DNA of 64,000 nucleotides from a virus (IMGVR_UViG_3300044712_000732:317776-381775), one strand, 5' to 3'; positions 36,783 to 45,928 are shown, counted from the stretch's first letter. Notes: generated by a model from the sequence alone, not told the origin. Numbers and translations: made by a program.

Positions 36783-39017
36783 ATGAACAAAGATTGGTTT
36801 AATATAAGAAATCTTAAAATTCTAAATTATCAAAATATCGCAATTGATAAAACAAATGAAAGCCTAATTGTTAATGAAAAAACTGTTTTAGCTGCGTGTC
36901 CTTCATCAGGAAAAACAACAATAACTATCTATATTATCGAACAATATCTTAAATTATTCCCAACAAATAAAGTAACAATATTAACTCATGGAACAACAAT
37001 TTTACGATCACAGTTCCATGATGAACTATTATCATTAAAACCAAATTTTACTTTCGATTTGGTGGAAACATATTCTGATTATGTTAAAAGCAATGCAGAT
37101 GTCGTTGTTTGTTTACCACAAACTTTAAATAACCAAAATATTAAACCTAATGATTTAATTATTGTCGATGAAGCACACCATTTCTATTTTGCTAAAATGG
37201 TTCAAGATATCATAACTAAATCAAATTCTACAAAACAACTATTATTGACTGGTACTCCTTCTAAATTTATTTACGAAAATTTAAAAGAAGATAATAAATT
37301 TAATATCATTCCAGTTAGTATCGAAACAATATTCGATGAAGGAATGGCAACTAATGCAACCGTAGAAGTCGCATCATCTATTTATGATTTTGATTTAATT
37401 AATGACTTTAATTCAAATAATCTTAAAAAAGATGTAGTATTTAATGATATTGATACAAATAAATCACTCGATGACCTACTTGAAAAAATAGTTAATAGAC
37501 TTCGTTCATATAAAAATTCCCCATATATTAATTTTATCCCAACTTGGAACTTATTATTGAAAGATTTAGAAAAAACTATGTTCGCTTGCCAATCAATTAA
37601 CCAAGCTAAACAAGTTTATAAATATTTCAAAAGTAAAAATATTAATTGCGTTATAAGTACATCAGAAGATGATTTAGAATCAAATGAAATAACAAGGTTT
37701 AAGACTGATGATAATATATTGGTATTGATCGTTGTTTATCGTGGTATATTAGGCTTTAATTATCCAAAACTTGCTAATGTGGTGGATATGACTATGAGTT
37801 ATAATATCGACCGTGTATTCCAATTATTTGCTAGAATATTAAGAATAAATAAAGATAATCCAAAACAACAAAAATTATTCTTTAAATTATCACCATCTAT
37901 GTTAACAGATTATTATAAACATATAATGAACGCTATGTTAATGTTGATGAATGATGAATATTTCTTGAAATATAATGGTAAAAATTTTCTTGATATGGAT
38001 GTTCCTGTTAAAAAAATTAATATAAATTCTGAAACTATTACTGATCAAACTGATCAAAAATCTGATCAAACAAAAAAACAAAAAAAATATATTCCAATTA
38101 ATCTTGATGGCGTTCCTGTATTTGATTTCTTTAAAAATATTTGGCATAAAAAAGATAATGTATTAAATACATATTGTTTAACAACTGTTAATGATGTTAA
38201 AAGTGAATTTACAAAAATTAAACCATCTAATTATTGGACTTATGAAAAATGTCAAGAAGCTGCTTTATTATGTAAATCTAGAACAGAATTTTGTAAAAAA
38301 TTTAATACTGCATACAAAACATCATCAAATAATAATTGGTTAGATGAAATTTGTTCACATATGATAGATGTAATTAAACCATCAGGTTATTGGACCGAAG
38401 AAATATGTCAAGAAACTGCTTTATTATGTAAAACTAAAACTGAATTTAAAAATAATTTTGGTGCTGCATATAATGCAGCTAGAAAACTTAATTTTTTAGA
38501 TAAAATTTGTTCACATATGATAGATGTAATTAAACCATCAGGTTATTGGACCGAAGAAATATGTCAAGATTTTGCTTTATTATGTAATTCAAGAACTCAA
38601 TTTTCTATAAAATATCCAGGTGCATATCAATCAGCCCAAAGAAATAATTTTTTAGATAAAATTTGTTCACATATGACAGATGGAATTAAACCATCAGGTT
38701 ATTGGACCGAAGAAATATGTCAAGATTTTGCTTTATTATGTAATTCAAGAAATGAATTTCGAAAAAAATATCCAAACGCATATAATGCAGCTAGAAAACT
38801 TAATTTTTTAGATAAAGTGTGTTCACATATGACAGATGGAAATAAACCATCAAGTTATTGGACTGAAGAAATATGTCAAGATTTTGCTTTATTATGTAAA
38901 AATAAAACTGAATTTCTAAAAAAATATCCAAACGCATATAATGCAGCTAGAAAACTTAATTGCTTAAATAAAGTGTGTTCACATATGAACAGGTTTTTAA
39001 AACTTCAGGTAATTTAA
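36783..39017 (+). CDS. Superfamily-2 DEAH-box helicase (N-terminus) with five tandem C-terminal 52-aa repeats, 744 aa
   Basis: Walker A is AACPSSGKTT, motif II is IIVDEAHHF and motif III is LLLTGTPS. The C-terminal repeats read KPSGYWTEEICQ..ALLC...EF...AY.AA.KLNFLDKICSHM. Confidence 0.7.
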   Translation: MNKDWFNIRNLKILNYQNIAIDKTNESLIVNEKTVLAACPSSGKTTITIYIIEQYLKLFPTNKVTILTHGTTILRSQFHDELLSLKPNFTFDLVETYSDYVKSNADVVVCLPQTLNNQNIKPNDLIIVDEAHHFYFAKMVQDIITKSNSTKQLLLTGTPSKFIYENLKEDNKFNIIPVSIETIFDEGMATNATVEVASSIYDFDLINDFNSNNLKKDVVFNDIDTNKSLDDLLEKIVNRLRSYKNSPYINFIPTWNLLLKDLEKTMFACQSINQAKQVYKYFKSKNINCVISTSEDDLESNEITRFKTDDNILVLIVVYRGILGFNYPKLANVVDMTMSYNIDRVFQLFARILRINKDNPKQQKLFFKLSPSMLTDYYKHIMNAMLMLMNDEYFLKYNGKNFLDMDVPVKKININSETITDQTDQKSDQTKKQKKYIPINLDGVPVFDFFKNIWHKKDNVLNTYCLTTVNDVKSEFTKIKPSNYWTYEKCQEAALLCKSRTEFCKKFNTAYKTSSNNNWLDEICSHMIDVIKPSGYWTEEICQETALLCKTKTEFKNNFGAAYNAARKLNFLDKICSHMIDVIKPSGYWTEEICQDFALLCNSRTQFSIKYPGAYQSAQRNNFLDKICSHMTDGIKPSGYWTEEICQDFALLCNSRNEFRKKYPNAYNAARKLNFLDKVCSHMTDGNKPSSYWTEEICQDFALLCKNKTEFLKKYPNAYNAARKLNCLNKVCSHMNRFLKLQVI
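38215..38994 (+). repeat. Five copies of a 156/157-bp tandem repeat at 85-95% identity, inside the helicase gene
   Basis: Unit boundaries fall at about 38215, 38371, 38528, 38685 and 38842. Confidence 0.8.
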
Positions 39018-39503
39018 AATTAACAATATTTCAGATCTTTTTTAACATATCGTTTTTTTAACATATTAAAAATATCCAGAAAAAACACCCGATTTTTTTC
39101 TCATTTCGTGGAATAATATGTCAAATTGTGGAAGAAAATGTCATAAAATTATACGTTTTTATAAGATTTCTTTAAAATATCACCAAATTGACTACCAAAA
39201 AAACCCCTGCCACTGACAGTAGTAAAGGTTTTTTTAACATATCCTAATATGTGTGTCTATATTCATCATTATCAATAATTTATATTATGTTCATTATCAA
39301 GCACATAATATTTTTAATATGTTATACAACGATTCTATCCACACAAAGAAGTTCTATCAACCTGGATCATTTTTCAAAATATAAACTATTATGGTTATTA
39401 TTTGTCATTTCAGATAAAAATCATTATTAAAAAGATAATTGGATCAAAAAATATTTAAACTTTAAGATAAATAAACGATATAAGACAAAATAAATTTGTT
39501 GTT

Positions 39504-39746
39504 ATGAAATATACCGTATTTGAAAATAAAAAAAGCAAAGGTCGATTTATATCAAACTATACCGAAGTTGATAATAGTGGATGGTATAATATAATTGGAC
39601 ATAGTGAAACCTATGAAGATGCAAAAGCAATGTGTGATGTCTCACAAGAAATTAATATAAATAATTATTTAGGTAGTTTACCAGATGAATTAAGATCATC
39701 TGAGATGGATGATTATCTGAAATGGATAATTAGAAATGCTAAATAA
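39504..39746 (+). CDS. Hypothetical protein, 80 aa
   Basis: Only sizeable ORF in a 1.3-kb non-coding stretch. Confidence 0.4.
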   Translation: MKYTVFENKKSKGRFISNYTEVDNSGWYNIIGHSETYEDAKAMCDVSQEININNYLGSLPDELRSSEMDDYLKWIIRNAK

Positions 39747-39850
39747 TTGGATACTTTTTTTAAACTTTATTAAAAAATATTATTATATATAATTAGATTT
39801 TGTTTTTAACTGGACAAAATTTATTTTTCATTTTAAAATAAATTGGTAAA

Positions 39851-39921
39851 AAGTGATCGAGTAATTGATCACTTTTTTTATATGTTATACAACGATTCTA
39901 TCCACACAAAGAAGTTCTATC
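39851..39921 (+). repeat. Terminator hairpin (AAGTGATCGAGTAATTGATCACTT plus T7) fused to the 41-bp element TATGTTATACAACGATTCTATCCACACAAAGAAGTTCTATC
   Basis: The same 41-bp element occurs at 39318-39358. A similar hairpin plus the first 20 bp occurs at 40122-40177. Confidence 0.6.
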
Positions 39922-40121
39922 TATTTAGCACGATTAACTAAGTAATAACAATTACAAATATAATAAAAAATATTCAAAGAATCAAAAATATTTTAAACTT
40001 TCTTTGAATATGATAATATACATAAATGACAGATATTTGAGAAATGGCTAAATGAAGAATCGTACAGTCTTCGGCAAATTAGTATTGAAATCTGTTTTTT
40101 CATTATTTGAGTAATTATATA

Positions 40122-40177
40122 AAGTGATCGAGCAATTGATCACTTTTTTTTATTTATATGTTATACAACGATTTACC
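40122..40177 (+). repeat. Second copy of the hairpin-terminator plus the TATGTTATACAACGATT motif
   Basis: AAAGTGATCGAGCAATTGATCACTT followed by T9, then TATGTTATACAACGATT. Confidence 0.6.
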
Positions 40178-40341
40178 GAAGCAAAGCTTCGATATATGAC
40201 ACAATGTCAGGAACAGTCAGAATTATTATGTTAAGTAGAAATAGTTGTATAACATATTAGTAATCAGGGTATTTTTTTACATTTAACATAGTACTAGTTA
40301 TAAGACAAGTAGCAAATATTATTTCAACAAAATAAAACAAT

Positions 40342-40770
40342 ATGTATATAAATAATATGTTACAACAAATAATAGTAATATTAATAATTATTAGTTCAAT
40401 TTATTTAATATGTAAAAAGGTTTTTAAAAAGAAAGATTGTTCTAATGAATGTAATGGGTGTGAATTAAAAGATACATGTAATATGGAAAAGATAAAAAAG
40501 TTAGTTCAAGTAGAAGTAACAAAATATAAAACTACCGATGGTAAAGAATTTGATTCGGAACACGAAGCTAAATTTCACGAAGAAGTATTAGCAGGAAAGA
40601 AAAAACATTGTACTAAATGTGATGGTAAAGGACATATTAATGAACGATATGAAGATGAATGGATAAATACATCTTGGATTCCAGATGAAGGTGAATATTA
40701 TAGTGAATTAAAATATGACAAATGTCCTGATTGTAATGGTAAAGGATATTTAGTAATGGGGTGGCATTAA
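40342..40770 (+). CDS. Protein with two DnaJ-type CxxCxGxG zinc-finger repeats and an N-terminal transmembrane segment, 142 aa
   Basis: CTKCDGKGH and CPDCNGKGY, plus CSNECNGCELKDTC. Confidence 0.5.
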   Translation: MYINNMLQQIIVILIIISSIYLICKKVFKKKDCSNECNGCELKDTCNMEKIKKLVQVEVTKYKTTDGKEFDSEHEAKFHEEVLAGKKKHCTKCDGKGHINERYEDEWINTSWIPDEGEYYSELKYDKCPDCNGKGYLVMGWH

Positions 40771-41123
40771 AATAAAGAATATGGAAAAGATTAAAATATT
40801 TTATGATGATGTATCAGATATTGAAGAACAAGCAAACACATGGATAAATTCTAATAATATTTATATTAAGAATATAAAAACCGTACAATGTTCATTAATG
40901 TAATCATTTTCAATTCATTGAATATCTTCATATAAAAATACTAATACTAAATAATACCTGTGCATTTATAGAAATTATAACTTTTTTGGTGATAATTAGA
41001 TTAATTGAAAAAATGTTTGCTATAATTTGGTGGATTAAATAATACTATTTACATTTGTTTGATATTAAAAAATATTTTATGGAAATGAAAAAAACAGATC
41101 ATAAGCAAATTGGGGGGAATATA

Positions 41124-41199
41124 CTGAATTAGATTTTGTTGTTGTTAGTTAGTTGTTAGTTAGTTGTTAGTTTATTAATTGTTGTTGTTAGCTAATTCA
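41124..41199. repeat. (GTTAGTTA/GTTGTTA)n micro-satellite enclosed by the 9-bp inverted repeat CTGAATTAG / CTAATTCAG
   Basis: TTGTTGTTGTTAGTTAGTTGTTAGTTAGTTGTTAGTTTATTAATTGTTGTTGTTAG. Confidence 0.6.
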
Positions 41200-41210
41200 G
41201 ATTTTTTAAA

Positions 41211-41235
41211 AGGTAGTCATTCGACTACCTTTTTC
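41211..41235. terminator. Bidirectional terminator hairpin
   Basis: AGGTAGTCATTCGACTACCT flanked by A and T runs. Confidence 0.55.
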
Positions 41236-41355
41236 TTTTAAAATAATTTGGTAGATTAAAAAATATGTATTACATTTGTAGTCTATCATATTTTATTAAT
41301 TAGTTATTATTCTTTTTTTATTCTTTTATTTTATAGGTTTAAATTGTCATACTTG

Positions 41356-41396
41356 AGAAGTAGTCGTTTTTTGCGCAACGGCTACTTCTTTTTTGT
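41356..41396 (+). terminator. Rho-independent terminator
   Basis: GAAGTAGTCGTT...AACGGCTACTTC followed by a T6 run. Confidence 0.55.
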
Positions 41397-41471
41397 ACCC
41401 ACAATTTGTACCCACACATATTTTAACAATATTTTTGTATTTTAGGAATATTATTATATATTTACAAAATT

Positions 41472-41816
41472 ATGGATAAATTATTATGGTTAGATGATTG
41501 GCGAAAACCTGAAGCATTCAAGTTTGAATATGGATTGGATGAATATCTAATAGAACAAATAGTATGGGTTAAAAATTACTATGAGTTTGTTGATTGGATA
41601 AAGGCAAATGGTTTACCAAAAATTATAGCATTTGATCATGATTTGGCTGATGTCAGTGTTAATGAAAAAACTGGATATAGTGCAGCTAAGTGGTTAGTTG
41701 AATATTGTCTTGATTATAAAGTACAATTACCTGAATGGGTAATACTAAGTTCCAATACAGTTGGTGCTAAAAATATAGATTGTTTATTGAATAACTTTAA
41801 AAAACATATAATATGA
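41472..41816 (+). CDS. Hypothetical protein, 114 aa
   Basis: ORF. Confidence 0.5.
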   Translation: MDKLLWLDDWRKPEAFKFEYGLDEYLIEQIVWVKNYYEFVDWIKANGLPKIIAFDHDLADVSVNEKTGYSAAKWLVEYCLDYKVQLPEWVILSSNTVGAKNIDCLLNNFKKHII

Positions 41817-42094
41817 TTTGGTTAAAAATAATTTGGTTGTTGATAGGATTGATAGGTTGGTTTGTGACATATCACAGTATGAGAAAAGATTGGTATATTA
41901 CATATCATAAAGAATATTGGAAATCCAAATATAAAAGTGGTTTAATATTATTATGTATTTTATCACCAATATTAATTTGTAGTGGACCAATTATATTTCT
42001 ATTAACACTATTATCATCTAATGGAAAATTAAGTTTCTATTTTAATATCAAACGATATGAAAAAAAGTTATTAAATAAAAAACATATAATATGA
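41813..42094 (+). CDS. Small two-transmembrane protein, paralogue 1 of 3 (MIWLKIIWLL...)
   Basis: Tandem paralogues with ATGA overlaps. Confidence 0.5.
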   Translation: MIWLKIIWLLIGLIGWFVTYHSMRKDWYITYHKEYWKSKYKSGLILLCILSPILICSGPIIFLLTLLSSNGKLSFYFNIKRYEKKLLNKKHII

Positions 42095-42366
42095 TTTGGT
42101 TAAAAATAATTTGGTTATTGTTAGGGTTGATAGGTTGGTTATTTACATATCATTCGATTAGAAAAGAATGGTATGATTTCTTTAAGTGTGAATATTGGAA
42201 AAGTAAACACAAAAAAGGATTATTGGCATTATGTATATTATCACCAATTTTAATATTTGGTGGATTATTGACAATATTATTGTCAATGACAACTATAAAT
42301 AAGAAAAATTGGTCATTATATTTTAATATCAAACGATATGAAAAAAAGTTAAATAAAAACATATAA
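42091..42366 (+). CDS. Small two-transmembrane protein, paralogue 2 of 3
   Basis: Same N-terminus and the same C-terminal YFNIKRYEKKL. Confidence 0.5.
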   Translation: MIWLKIIWLLLGLIGWLFTYHSIRKEWYDFFKCEYWKSKHKKGLLALCILSPILIFGGLLTILLSMTTINKKNWSLYFNIKRYEKKLNKNI

Positions 42367-42367
42367 T

Positions 42368-42664
42368 ATGATTTGGGTAAAAATAATTTGGGTAATAATC
42401 GGAATTATAGCATGGTTATTTACATATCATAGCTATCGTAAAAGATGGTATATTGAACATAACGAATATTGGAAAAATAATCACAAACTAATATTAATTA
42501 TAGTGTGTGTACTTTTTCCATATTGGTTATTTGGTGGATTATTATCTTTAATATATTGGATGATTTTAATTGATAGACAATATTGGTCATTCTATTTTAA
42601 TATCAAACGATATGAAAGAAAGCAATTATTAAAAGAGTTTAGAAATGAAAATAAACCGGGATGA
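42368..42664 (+). CDS. Small two-transmembrane protein, paralogue 3 of 3
   Basis: Same architecture. Confidence 0.5.
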   Translation: MIWVKIIWVIIGIIAWLFTYHSYRKRWYIEHNEYWKNNHKLILIIVCVLFPYWLFGGLLSLIYWMILIDRQYWSFYFNIKRYERKQLLKEFRNENKPG

Positions 42665-43091
42665 TATAAAATCAATACAAAGTGATATTTCAGAACTGAT
42701 ATATTATGCAAAGAATACTAGTTCTGGTAATGTTTCACACAAGATGCCATCTATTATGAATAGGTTGAATGAAATTGATATAAAATTAAAGAATATTCTT
42801 TTTTCAGAAGTTGATGATAGAACACAAGATGAAAAAGATATTCAAAATTTTATTGATATGTCAAAAGAAAAAGATTTATGGTTACCAAATATATCAAAAG
42901 ATGATATTGTACCCACATATTCTAAATTTAATATGCTTGATTTTTCTAAATGGACATTAACTAATTTAAAATATTGTTATGATATTCAATTAAACACCTG
43001 GTGGGAAAGAAACACATTTAAATTTAAAACTTGGGAAGAAATTTTTAATATATTTGAATATGAAATACAGAATAAAAATAACGACTTATAA
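42645..43091 (+). CDS. Hypothetical protein, 148 aa
   Basis: ORF. Confidence 0.5.
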   Translation: MKINRDDIKSIQSDISELIYYAKNTSSGNVSHKMPSIMNRLNEIDIKLKNILFSEVDDRTQDEKDIQNFIDMSKEKDLWLPNISKDDIVPTYSKFNMLDFSKWTLTNLKYCYDIQLNTWWERNTFKFKTWEEIFNIFEYEIQNKNNDL

Positions 43092-43275
43092 TAATGGTCG
43101 TAAGACATATTTAGCCCAAGTAAAAAAGGGGTGGTTTTGGTTTTCATTATATTTTGAATATATACGAAATAAGAAAATTTATTATGATGATGATTGGTAT
43201 TCGGCATTGCGAAAAATTGATAAACATTTTAATACTAAAAAACAATCAACCGAATTTGTATTAATTAATAAATAA
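43054..43275 (+). CDS. Small protein, paralogue A (…YNNGRKTYLAQVKKGWFW…)
   Basis: Tandem duplicate of the next ORF. Confidence 0.45.
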   Translation: MNMKYRIKITTYNNGRKTYLAQVKKGWFWFSLYFEYIRNKKIYYDDDWYSALRKIDKHFNTKKQSTEFVLINK

Positions 43276-43279
43276 TTAT

Positions 43280-43504
43280 ATGAAATATAGAATAATAACA
43301 ACAACATATAAAAATGGTCGTAAGACATATTTAGCCCAAGTAAAAAAAGGATGGTTTTGGATTTCGTTATATTCTGATGGTAGTACAGATTTAACATCAT
43401 CATATGATGTTGAATCTAGAATATTAGCATTATCATTTATTGATAAACATTTTAATGGTAATACTAAAAAACAAACAATCGAATTTGAATATATTAATAA
43501 ATAA
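43280..43504 (+). CDS. Small protein, paralogue B
   Basis: Shares the TTYKNGRKTYLAQVKKGWFW core. Confidence 0.45.
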   Translation: MKYRIITTTYKNGRKTYLAQVKKGWFWISLYSDGSTDLTSSYDVESRILALSFIDKHFNGNTKKQTIEFEYINK

Positions 43505-43506
43505 TT

Positions 43507-43812
43507 ATGAATGAATTTGAAATATATCCATTAAGTGATGATGATATGGATAAAGAATTTGGTAAACACCTTCGACATCCAATAGGTAATTGTTTTAAAA
43601 CAAAAGATGGACATCATTATTATAAACAATTAGAATCAAATATGCTACATATATGTGATAGTGATTTGATAAATATTGTTCACAATAGTGCAACAGATAA
43701 TAAAATCATTGTTAAAATATCAGAAGATGATTTTGTCAATATGTTAAAGGTGACAATATTCAATTTAGAAATATATAAATATTGTACACCAACAGATTAT
43801 ACTAAAAATTGA
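43507..43812 (+). CDS. Hypothetical protein, 101 aa
   Basis: ORF. Confidence 0.5.
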   Translation: MNEFEIYPLSDDDMDKEFGKHLRHPIGNCFKTKDGHHYYKQLESNMLHICDSDLINIVHNSATDNKIIVKISEDDFVNMLKVTIFNLEIYKYCTPTDYTKN

Positions 43813-43827
43813 ACTTTAATAAATAAT

Positions 43828-44046
43828 ATGTCATATTACTTTTTTGATGATTTTTTTGACACTTGCGATTCTGATGATCCTGATTTGATTATTAAATCAG
43901 AAGATTTTAAAAAAGAAATAGAAGAAAAATCAGAAGAATATAAAAAACTATTAAATCCTTCACGGGGTTTACATCCTGATGATTTTATTGAAAGATCATT
44001 TTTTCCCGATTTAAAAGATCAAAATATGAAAACTATGAATGACTAG
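43828..44046 (+). CDS. Hypothetical acidic protein, 72 aa
   Basis: ORF. Confidence 0.45.
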   Translation: MSYYFFDDFFDTCDSDDPDLIIKSEDFKKEIEEKSEEYKKLLNPSRGLHPDDFIERSFFPDLKDQNMKTMND

Positions 44047-44321
44047 TTTGAAGTACGACAAAATGATGTTATAATTAGCAAGGCTATGTTTTATTATACC
44101 AAACTGTGATACAATAGTTGAGCCTTACAAAGGTGATGCGGGGATGAGATACAGGCATAACAGCAAAAAATTAGACTATAAAAAATTAGCAACCTGGGCA
44201 TTAGCGATTTGATGAAAACCAAACAGTGATACTACTGAAATAGATTTAACCGAAAGAAAATTATTTTTGTTTAAAATCCATTTTATATGTGAAATAATTT
44301 GGTGATGTAATTAAAACAACT

Positions 44322-44329
44322 TATCTTTG
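44322..44329 (+). promoter_or_regulatory. -7 box TATCTTTG preceding a candidate small RNA
   Basis: CTTATCTTTGTATTG with no ORF downstream. Confidence 0.4.
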
Positions 44330-44339
44330 TATTGTTGTT

Positions 44340-44447
44340 TTAATGATAAAATAACGAGTGATGCTGATGCGAGGTTTACGTGAGATTCGTAACCATTCAT
44401 ACGAGCATAGTGGTAGGGAATTCAGCTCGTTATTTTTCTTTTTTCAA
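44340..44447 (+). ncRNA. Candidate small RNA of about 100 nt. The family is unknown.
   Basis: Promoter box followed by a structured segment (AACGAG...CTCGTT closing stem with internal hairpins), then a T-rich run. No coding potential. Confidence 0.3.
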
Positions 44448-44569
44448 CTGTTCTTTGAATTTATAATATTATTAATTAAAAAATAAAAATGTTGATAGTG
44501 ACTTTAGTAATGAGCTAAAACTCAGGGTACGGTAAAGTTAATGGGTTGACACAGCTATCAACTAATAAT

Positions 44570-44675
44570 GGGCGAGTTGCAATACTGGTTATTGCCCCAC
44601 TTTACGGATTAATACATTTTGATATGTATAACATCTTGTGAATGGATTTAGGTTCGATTCCTATCTTGCCCACCA
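44570..44675 (+). ncRNA. Over-long tRNA-like element, 106 nt including an encoded CCA
   Basis: The 7-bp acceptor GGGCGAG/CTTGCCC is followed by ACCA. The D-arm is GCAA-TACTGGTTA-TTGC and the T-arm has a GGTTCGATTCC loop. About 30 extra nt sit between the D-arm and the T-arm, including the hairpin ATACAT-TTTGAT-ATGTAT. Confidence 0.4.
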
Positions 44676-44752
44676 AAGTGAGAAGAAGTTTAACGTACTT
44701 CATACAGATTTCGCTCTGTATTAGTAGAAGCTGCGCACTTTATCACATTAAT

Positions 44753-44808
44753 GGCATAAGTTGTTCCTATTATAAAAATATATGGAAAATTTTACAACTC
44801 GCTATTTA
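44753..44808 (+). repeat. Copy 1 of a 55-bp promoter-region module (GGCAnAAGTTGTTCCTATTATAAA...AAATTTTACAACTCGCTAT)
   Basis: Near-identical to 45085-45140, which sits directly 5' of the tRNA-Met. Confidence 0.6.
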
Positions 44809-44837
44809 ATTTTGTTTCTTTTCATAAAATAATTATT

Positions 44838-44880
44838 CGGGACAATAAATTGTGTTGTACACACACGAAATATTGTCCCG
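44838..44880 (+). ncRNA. Candidate structured RNA hairpin (10-bp stem CGGGACAATA / TATTGTCCCG with a 23-nt loop) downstream of promoter module copy 1
   Basis: Perfect inverted repeat. Not followed by a T-run. Confidence 0.3.
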
Positions 44881-45084
44881 ATAATAAAAAAAGAATATGT
44901 TAATATACGGTCCGAAAATTGAATTATTGTCGAAGATAATATTGTGTTGTGAAAAAATAAATTTATTTTTTCATAAAACGAAAATGAAACTAGGGAGATT
45001 GTGGAAGAAAAAAAGATATCGAAGCGTTGCTTCGGATTCGAACACCGTTCGATAAAGATGTTTCATTTTGTTTGTTAATTTAAT

Positions 45085-45140
45085 GGCAGAAGTTGTTCCT
45101 ATTATAAATATTTGTAAAATTTTACAACTCGCTATATTTA
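45085..45140 (+). repeat. Copy 2 of the 55-bp promoter module, driving the tRNA
   Basis: Ends in GCTATATTTA (TAtaTTTa -7-like) immediately before the first tRNA nucleotide. Confidence 0.6.
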
Positions 45141-45212
45141 GGGCTTGTAGCTCAGGGGTAGAGCACCTGACTCATAATCAGATGGTCGTAGGTTCAAATC
45201 CTTCCTGGCCCA
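45141..45212 (+). tRNA. tRNA-Met (or tRNA-Ile2), anticodon CAT
   Basis: Cloverleaf: acceptor GGGCTTG/CTGGCCC with one T-T mismatch, D-arm GCTC-AGGGGTA-GAGC, anticodon loop CTCATAA, T-arm with a TTCAAAT loop. CCA is not encoded. Confidence 0.6.
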
Positions 45213-45216
45213 CAAA

Positions 45217-45243
45217 AAAGTGAATAACATATTCACTTTTTTT
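45217..45243 (+). terminator. Rho-independent terminator after the tRNA
   Basis: AAAAAGTGAATAACATATTCACTTTTTTT. Confidence 0.6.
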
Positions 45244-45828
45244 AAACTTTCTTGAAATTTAAAATATATAAGATAGTTCTTTTAATTTTTTGATATCATT
45301 AATTTAGGTTGAAATCAAACAATGTGTTAAGTAATAATTTATAAACCGAACTTATTGTGATTGATTGATTAGGATTAAAATAAATAAAAAGATATTTGTT
45401 TGATTCTAAATTAACATTAAAAAATTATTAGTTCTTTGAATATCTTTTACTGTTAGAAAAATATGTCACAAGACTATATTTGATAACTTATCCATGAAAT
45501 TATATCTTGAACAAGGTTCAATGTATCATTTCTAATATGCGGATTAACTTTTATTATAGTTTTGTTATTACTATCTTCTGTAAAATATGTTCAATTAAGA
45601 CACCTTGGTCGATATGGTTATCCCATATTTGTCAAGGTTTTTTTATGCTATATATTTGCACATATCAAATATAATTACTATATTTGTCCCAATGAATTAT
45701 TGATGTGGGGCGCACACGAAGATAATCCAGGTGGTTCAAACGTGTAATGATGAGGGATGTTTCATATAGGGTTAGGTAATACTATGATGGACAATTTCTA
45801 GAAGGTAGTTGCATAGTAAACCACACAC

Positions 45829-45928
45829 GGGGATGTAGCTCAGTTGTTAGAGTGGCAGATATTGCAGGGTAGGTCGTCCAAATCCTTGCAAGTAGTGCAG
45901 GTCGGAGGTTAAAGTCCTTCCATCCCCA
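45829..45928 (+). ncRNA. Over-long tRNA-like element or pseudo-tRNA, 100 nt
   Basis: The acceptor GGGGATG/CATCCCC has 7 perfect pairs. The D-arm is GCTCAGTTGTTAGAGT. A T-arm-like GGAGGTTAAAGTCCTTC has a non-canonical loop. The middle holds an 8-bp hairpin and a fragment (GGTCGTCCAAATCCTT) that resembles the T-arm of the tRNA-Met. Confidence 0.35.

Noticed and set aside
44570-44675. Considered whether the GGTTCGATTCC...CCACCA 3' end belongs to a tmRNA (ssrA).
   Set aside because: The only sequence able to pair with the 3' acceptor strand (GGGCGAG) lies just 100 nt upstream. No GGGG...acceptor lies 300-400 nt upstream, and no tag-peptide reading frame is evident. It was kept as an over-long tRNA-like element.
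45020-45050. A GTTCGAATCC-like T-loop motif on the minus strand, suggesting another tRNA.
   Set aside because: The flanking sequence does not form a 5-bp T-stem or an acceptor stem. It is more likely a chance match or a fragment.
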